Below are positions 60,529 through 64,000 of a stretch of DNA of 64,000 nucleotides, piece by piece. Each line of letters starts with the position of its first letter. The stretch's first letter is position 1. The stretch comes from Candidatus Levyibacteriota bacterium (GTDB taxonomy: Bacteria; Patescibacteriota; Microgenomatia; Levybacterales; UBA12049): positions 140,104 to 204,103 of the forward strand of contig OY970292.1 of NCBI GenBank assembly GCA_963716145.1. Direction: 5' to 3'. The position numbers were made by a program, and so were the translations under genes. Below the pieces are notes generated by a model, which worked only from the letters and a program-made list of their open reading frames with translations, was not told the DNA's origin and made no database searches.

Positions 60529-60653
60529 TATTATTTAGCCTCAAATTATATCATAGCTTTCGTATTCTTTTCTATTTTTGCTCTATTGACAAGTGCTATT
60601 TATTTATTCAATAATGATTACAGATCAAAATAAATTGATCCAAAAATAAAAAT

Positions 60654-61157
60654 ATGACTGCCCTAAAAATTAAAAAACTAAACAAAGGATTTACTCTCAT
60701 CGAGTTACTAGTTGTTATCGGAATCCTCGCAATCCTCTTAGCAATAACATTAGTTGCTATCAACCCGGCAAAACAAATCGGTCAAGCAAATGACACAAAG
60801 AGAAAAGCAGATGTGGGAGCAATTCTTAATGCAATTAGCCAATATCAGGCAAGCAACGCAGGAGCGCTTCCAGGCAATTTAACTGCTACTTGTACATCAG
60901 CAGCACCTTGTTGGATAAGTAATGTGGTAGCTGTAACTCCAAAGGTTAATATTTGTTCAGGAGCAACAGGTTTGGTTCCAGGGACTATAGCAGCTTTACC
61001 GGGAGATCCAACAATAGGAGTATTAACTCCAGTAACTGATTGCACAACGCTATATGATACAAAATACCAAGTATATCTTACAGGCGGTACAGATAACAGA
61101 GTAACTGTACAGACTACAACAACATACTCAGGAACTGCAATAACAGCAACTAGATAA
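60654..61157 (+). CDS. Type IV major pilin paralog 1
   Basis: MTALKIKKLNKG|FTLIELLVVIGILAILLAITLVAINPAKQIGQANDTKRKADV; C-terminal region has Cys pairs. Confidence 0.85.
   Translation: MTALKIKKLNKGFTLIELLVVIGILAILLAITLVAINPAKQIGQANDTKRKADVGAILNAISQYQASNAGALPGNLTATCTSAAPCWISNVVAVTPKVNICSGATGLVPGTIAALPGDPTIGVLTPVTDCTTLYDTKYQVYLTGGTDNRVTVQTTTTYSGTAITATR
60672..60815. repeat. 144-bp segment identical to 61175-61318 (pilin 5' region, copy 1)
   Basis: Exact nucleotide identity by direct comparison, from aaaaaactaaacaaaggatttactctcatcgag... through ...aaagagaaaagcagatgtg. The sequences diverge completely immediately downstream. Confidence 0.9.
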
Positions 61158-61165
61158 AGTCTTCA

Positions 61166-61630
61166 ATGGGTTTTAAAAAACTAAACAAAGGATTTACTCT
61201 CATCGAGTTACTAGTTGTTATCGGAATCCTCGCAATCCTCTTAGCAATAACATTAGTTGCTATCAACCCGGCAAAACAAATCGGTCAAGCAAATGACACA
61301 AAGAGAAAAGCAGATGTGAAAGTAATACTTGATGCTGTTGGCCAATACGTTGCGGGCCAAGGCGGACTGCTGCCTCTGGGGCTGGATGGTACCACCAAGC
61401 AAATTGCTGCTCCTGCCGGCCCGACAAGTGTTGATTTATGCTTCCAATTAGTTACTAGATATGTAGCTGCTTTTCCAGTTGACCCAAGTATTAATGGTGG
61501 TAAACCAATTAGTCCGTGCACAGGAACGTATAGCACAGGATACTATATAGTTGTGACAGGACCGGATAACAGAGTTAAAGTTACTGCTCCAAATGCCGAA
61601 ATGGGAATCCCTATTGAGGTAATCAGATAA
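61166..61630 (+). CDS. Type IV major pilin paralog 2
   Basis: MGFKKLNKG|FTLIELLVVIGIL...; the first ~48 aa are identical to paralog 1 and the C-terminal domain is divergent. Confidence 0.85.
   Translation: MGFKKLNKGFTLIELLVVIGILAILLAITLVAINPAKQIGQANDTKRKADVKVILDAVGQYVAGQGGLLPLGLDGTTKQIAAPAGPTSVDLCFQLVTRYVAAFPVDPSINGGKPISPCTGTYSTGYYIVVTGPDNRVKVTAPNAEMGIPIEVIR
61175..61318. repeat. 144-bp segment identical to 60672-60815 (copy 2)
   Basis: See copy 1. Confidence 0.9.
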
Positions 61631-61637
61631 ATAGATT

Positions 61638-61925
61638 TTATTTTTTCTTTTTCTTTGAGGATTTCGTTTTGCTTGTCGTCTGGGCAGTGAGGTATAAAAG
61701 ACCGATAAGGAACCCACTGCCAACTATTGCGAATACAACATAGTTACGAAGAGCAGTAGGGTCATCAAGGAAGTAATCTTGGTTCTGATAAAACTTGTAA
61801 AAGATGACAGATACTATAGCAAAAACAAATAGTCCCACTAGGGCCTTCGCGCTGCTGAGAGAGTCATGCGTTTTCATATCTATATCTATTATATGAGCAA
61901 AAGAGTAGTTCATGTCAAGTGGCAA
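61638..61925 (-). CDS. Hypothetical small membrane protein (2 TM) with a poly-Lys tail, opposite strand inside the pilin array
   Basis: ORF with two hydrophobic helices and a C-terminal KTKSSKKKKK. It could instead be an artefact of the A/T-rich spacer. Confidence 0.35.
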   Translation of the reverse strand: MPLDMNYSFAHIIDIDMKTHDSLSSAKALVGLFVFAIVSVIFYKFYQNQDYFLDDPTALRNYVVFAIVGSGFLIGLLYLTAQTTSKTKSSKKKKK

Positions 61926-62012
61926 AATTATTTGTATAATTTTTTAGCTTTATCTTATTGACATAGTTACAATAGATTATTCATAATAGATATAGGTGCA
62001 GTATAATAAGTT

Positions 62013-62516
62013 ATGACTATCAAAAATAAAAAAATACAAAGCGGTTTCACGCTTATAGAGATCTTAGTTGTTATCGGTATTCTGACGGTACTCATTGCAA
62101 TTGCGCTGGTCGCTATCAACCCGGCAAAACAAATAGGCCAGGCAAATGACACAAAGAGAGCTTCGGATGTAAGGGCAATACTTGACGCAATAAATCACTA
62201 CACTGTAGATCCAGCTAATGGCGGTGCTCTTCCAACTGGTTTGTCGGCTGGGGCATGTCCCGTGCTTACGCCGTGTACTATATCAAACGATGCCACTGTT
62301 TCCCCCAGGGTTGACATATGTTCTTTGCTAGTAACAAAATACATGGCCGGTTTACCTCAAGATCCAAACTTTAATGGAGGAGCACCAATTAATTGTACGG
62401 GAACATATAATGCGCGTTACGTAGTTGGCGTAGGAGCCGCTCCGGATAATCGCATAACAGTCACTGCGCTTAATATCTATACTTACAAAGCAGCCGCAAT
62501 AATAGTAACAAGATAA
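62013..62516 (+). CDS. Type IV major pilin paralog 3
   Basis: MTIKNKKIQSG|FTLIEILVVIGILTVLIAIALVAINPAKQIGQANDTKR. The N-terminus is conserved at the protein level but diverged at the DNA level. The C-terminal block DPNFNGGAPINCTGTY is shared with paralog 2. Confidence 0.85.
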   Translation: MTIKNKKIQSGFTLIEILVVIGILTVLIAIALVAINPAKQIGQANDTKRASDVRAILDAINHYTVDPANGGALPTGLSAGACPVLTPCTISNDATVSPRVDICSLLVTKYMAGLPQDPNFNGGAPINCTGTYNARYVVGVGAAPDNRITVTALNIYTYKAAAIIVTR

Positions 62517-62567
62517 TTTATGCGTTTTATCGATTGGCTTGCAAGAACTATCCCAATGCAAATTCTT

Positions 62568-62631
62568 AATAGAGGAATTTTGATACTTCATGCCTCAAGT
62601 TAATTTGAAGATTTATATTAATTCCTCTATA
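62568..62631 (+). terminator. Long stem-loop (11-bp perfect terminal stem ATAGAGGAATT/AATTCCTCTAT with nested hairpins) downstream of the pilin array; terminator or 3' stabiliser candidate with no U-tract
   Basis: aatagaggaatt...[40 nt with CTTCA/TGAAG inner stem]...aattcctctata. Confidence 0.3.
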
Positions 62632-62639
62632 CTTCTATC

Positions 62640-63314
62640 GTGGTTAAGCTTATTATTTTTGATTGGGATGATGTTTTTACTCTTGGCTCCAAGGAAGGGT
62701 ACTTCAAGTGTTATCATGAAGCGTTGGTGGCAGTTGGGGTTCACTTAGATCCCGAGGAAGAGAAAAAAAGAATATTGGCAAAATGGGGAAGTTCTCATGT
62801 GGAAGAAATCAAAGAACTTCTTAAAGATAGCCCCGAGTTAATAGAAAAGACATGCGGGGTATACGAAAGGCATTTATTTGGAGATACATTTGTGGATTGT
62901 CTGAAAGTATTGCCGGGTACCCAGACTCTTCTGGGGAAATTAAGTAAAAAATATGTCTTAGCACTTGCTACCGGTGCAAGTCCCAAGCTCTTAAAAGAGA
63001 AAGTATTGCCCAAATTTCATTTTCCTGATGTATTTTCTCAGATAATTACTGGTTATGATCTGGATGACATGAACCACAGCAAGCCTCATCAATACATGGT
63101 TATGGAGATAATGAAGGCCCAAAATGTAGAACATTTTGAAACTATTGTGGTGGGGGATGCCAAAAATGATGTTCTTATGGCGCAAAACGCCGGAGTTACG
63201 CCTGTAGTTGTTCTGACAGGGCATCTTAATAGAAAGGAAGCTGAAGAACTGAAGGTAAAATATATTATTGAAGATGTTACTCAGATTGAACAGGTTCTGA
63301 ATCAGCTAAATTAG
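62640..63314 (+). CDS. HAD-superfamily hydrolase (subfamily IA-like phosphatase)
   Basis: Motif I IIFDWDDV, motif II T, and motif IV GDAKNDV. Confidence 0.75.
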   Translation: MVKLIIFDWDDVFTLGSKEGYFKCYHEALVAVGVHLDPEEEKKRILAKWGSSHVEEIKELLKDSPELIEKTCGVYERHLFGDTFVDCLKVLPGTQTLLGKLSKKYVLALATGASPKLLKEKVLPKFHFPDVFSQIITGYDLDDMNHSKPHQYMVMEIMKAQNVEHFETIVVGDAKNDVLMAQNAGVTPVVVLTGHLNRKEAEELKVKYIIEDVTQIEQVLNQLN

Positions 63315-64000
63315 CTTGCCAGTTTTTCTTTGAAATAATCCACCCAGGGATTTGTTGCCGGGTTTTGGTTGTAGTGAAGTCCGAGATAGAGTGTCACGAA
63401 GCATCCGTATTGAAGCGTTTCCAGAAAATCCTCATATACTGTCGAGCCTTCTGTCGTAAATTCATTTACTGACTGTTTGTTTTGTTTGACCACATCAACT
63501 GTTAACTCAACTCTTTTTTTAATTTTATCCGAATAATTGAGAGAGTTAAGAGTGATAAATTGCAGCGGGGCATTCTCAGGGAACTGAAGTCCTTCCATCA
63601 GGTGGTGATTTAAGTCAGGGATGAGAAAGAAAGATGAAAAAGTCTTACTTGTTTCGTTGAACTGATTTCTGAGAATTTGCGCGTTTCCGGCCAAATGCTC
63701 TGCGCTAAATATAATGGGTATTTTGTTGATGAATAATTTGTAGTCAGCTTGGGCCCTAAGCTTAATTTCCTCAATCCTTTCTGAGAATCTTATCAGCGCG
63801 TCAGTTATCTCTCCGTCTTCAATATCAATAGCGCCAACTTTATTCAGCAATCCTATAAGTCCGAGAATCGAGTATCCCGCTCCAAGCCGGGGAACATCGC
63901 CGGCATTCAGTCTACCATCAAAAATATAGGAAGGTATATCATTGGATTTTGCGAATTCAGCTAGTGGACCGCCTTTGGTGAGAACCACCATTTTTGCGCC
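63311..64000 (-). CDS. Bifunctional phosphoglucose/phosphomannose isomerase family protein (C-terminal SIS part; the N-terminus lies beyond the window end)
   Basis: VVLTKGGPLAEFAKSNDIPSYIFDGRLNAGDVPRLGAGY resembles the PGI/PMI block GGKLAELAEE..VP...QPRAALGY. The ORF is still open at 64000. Confidence 0.55.
   Translation of the reverse strand, partial: GAKMVVLTKGGPLAEFAKSNDIPSYIFDGRLNAGDVPRLGAGYSILGLIGLLNKVGAIDIEDGEITDALIRFSERIEEIKLRAQADYKLFINKIPIIFSAEHLAGNAQILRNQFNETSKTFSSFFLIPDLNHHLMEGLQFPENAPLQFITLNSLNYSDKIKKRVELTVDVVKQNKQSVNEFTTEGSTVYEDFLETLQYGCFVTLYLGLHYNQNPATNPWVDYFKEKLAS

Noticed and set aside
60672-61318. The 144-bp identical pilin segments as template/variable repeats of a diversity-generating retroelement
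   Set aside because: The repeat covers the conserved 5' (leader and N-terminal helix) region, not a 3' variable region. The two copies are identical rather than A-mutated, and no reverse transcriptase gene is present in the window.

Overview
This 64-kb window is a gene-dense, low-GC (roughly 35-40% by eye) bacterial chromosomal segment with no obvious mobile genes or CRISPR. Fused enzymes, a reduced ATP-synthase delta subunit, frequent 4-8 nt gene overlaps and a type IV pilus locus make it look like a Patescibacteria/CPR-type genome; that is an inference only. In order, it contains: (1) an activated-methyl-cycle operon on the minus strand, metK - PfkB kinase - ahcY (truncated at the window edge), with a SAM-riboswitch-like leader and terminator upstream of metK; (2) an FAD-linked oxidase, a SerB-SerA fusion, ileS, rodA/ftsW, rplU, rpmA, parB and lepB; (3) an ~8-kb surface-glycan cluster with three GT2 and two GT4 glycosyltransferases, a methyltransferase, a Wzx-like flippase, a Wzy_C/O-antigen-ligase-like protein and an Ig-like surface protein; (4) tRNA-Thr(CGU), a complete F1Fo ATP-synthase operon (atpBEFHAGDC, with atpF frameshifted), dnaE and gatCAB; (5) gatD and murT (lipid II amidation, both frameshifted), htpX, lemA, polX, tRNA-Asp(GUC), a LysM protein, tRNA-Gly(CCC), pyrG, rplS, yraN, pyk, uvrB, lexA with a candidate operator, and rsmI; (6) a PPDK_N-GpmA fusion, then an Hpt protein and a CheY-like receiver directly upstream of a type IV pilus locus (pilB, pilC, two pseudopilins, a 671-aa prepilin-leader protein, a PilX-like protein and three tandem major-pilin paralogs, two of which share an identical 144-bp 5' segment). 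Other points worth a second look: a ~110-bp AT-rich MITE-like intergenic repeat in three copies; four different heptanucleotide tandem repeats, three of them inside genes; a GC-rich insert inside the atp operon; a ~310-bp GC-elevated non-coding gap between pyk and uvrB; and at least five single-base indel frameshifts, which most likely reflect assembly indel errors. My coordinates may be off by 1-2 nt in places.
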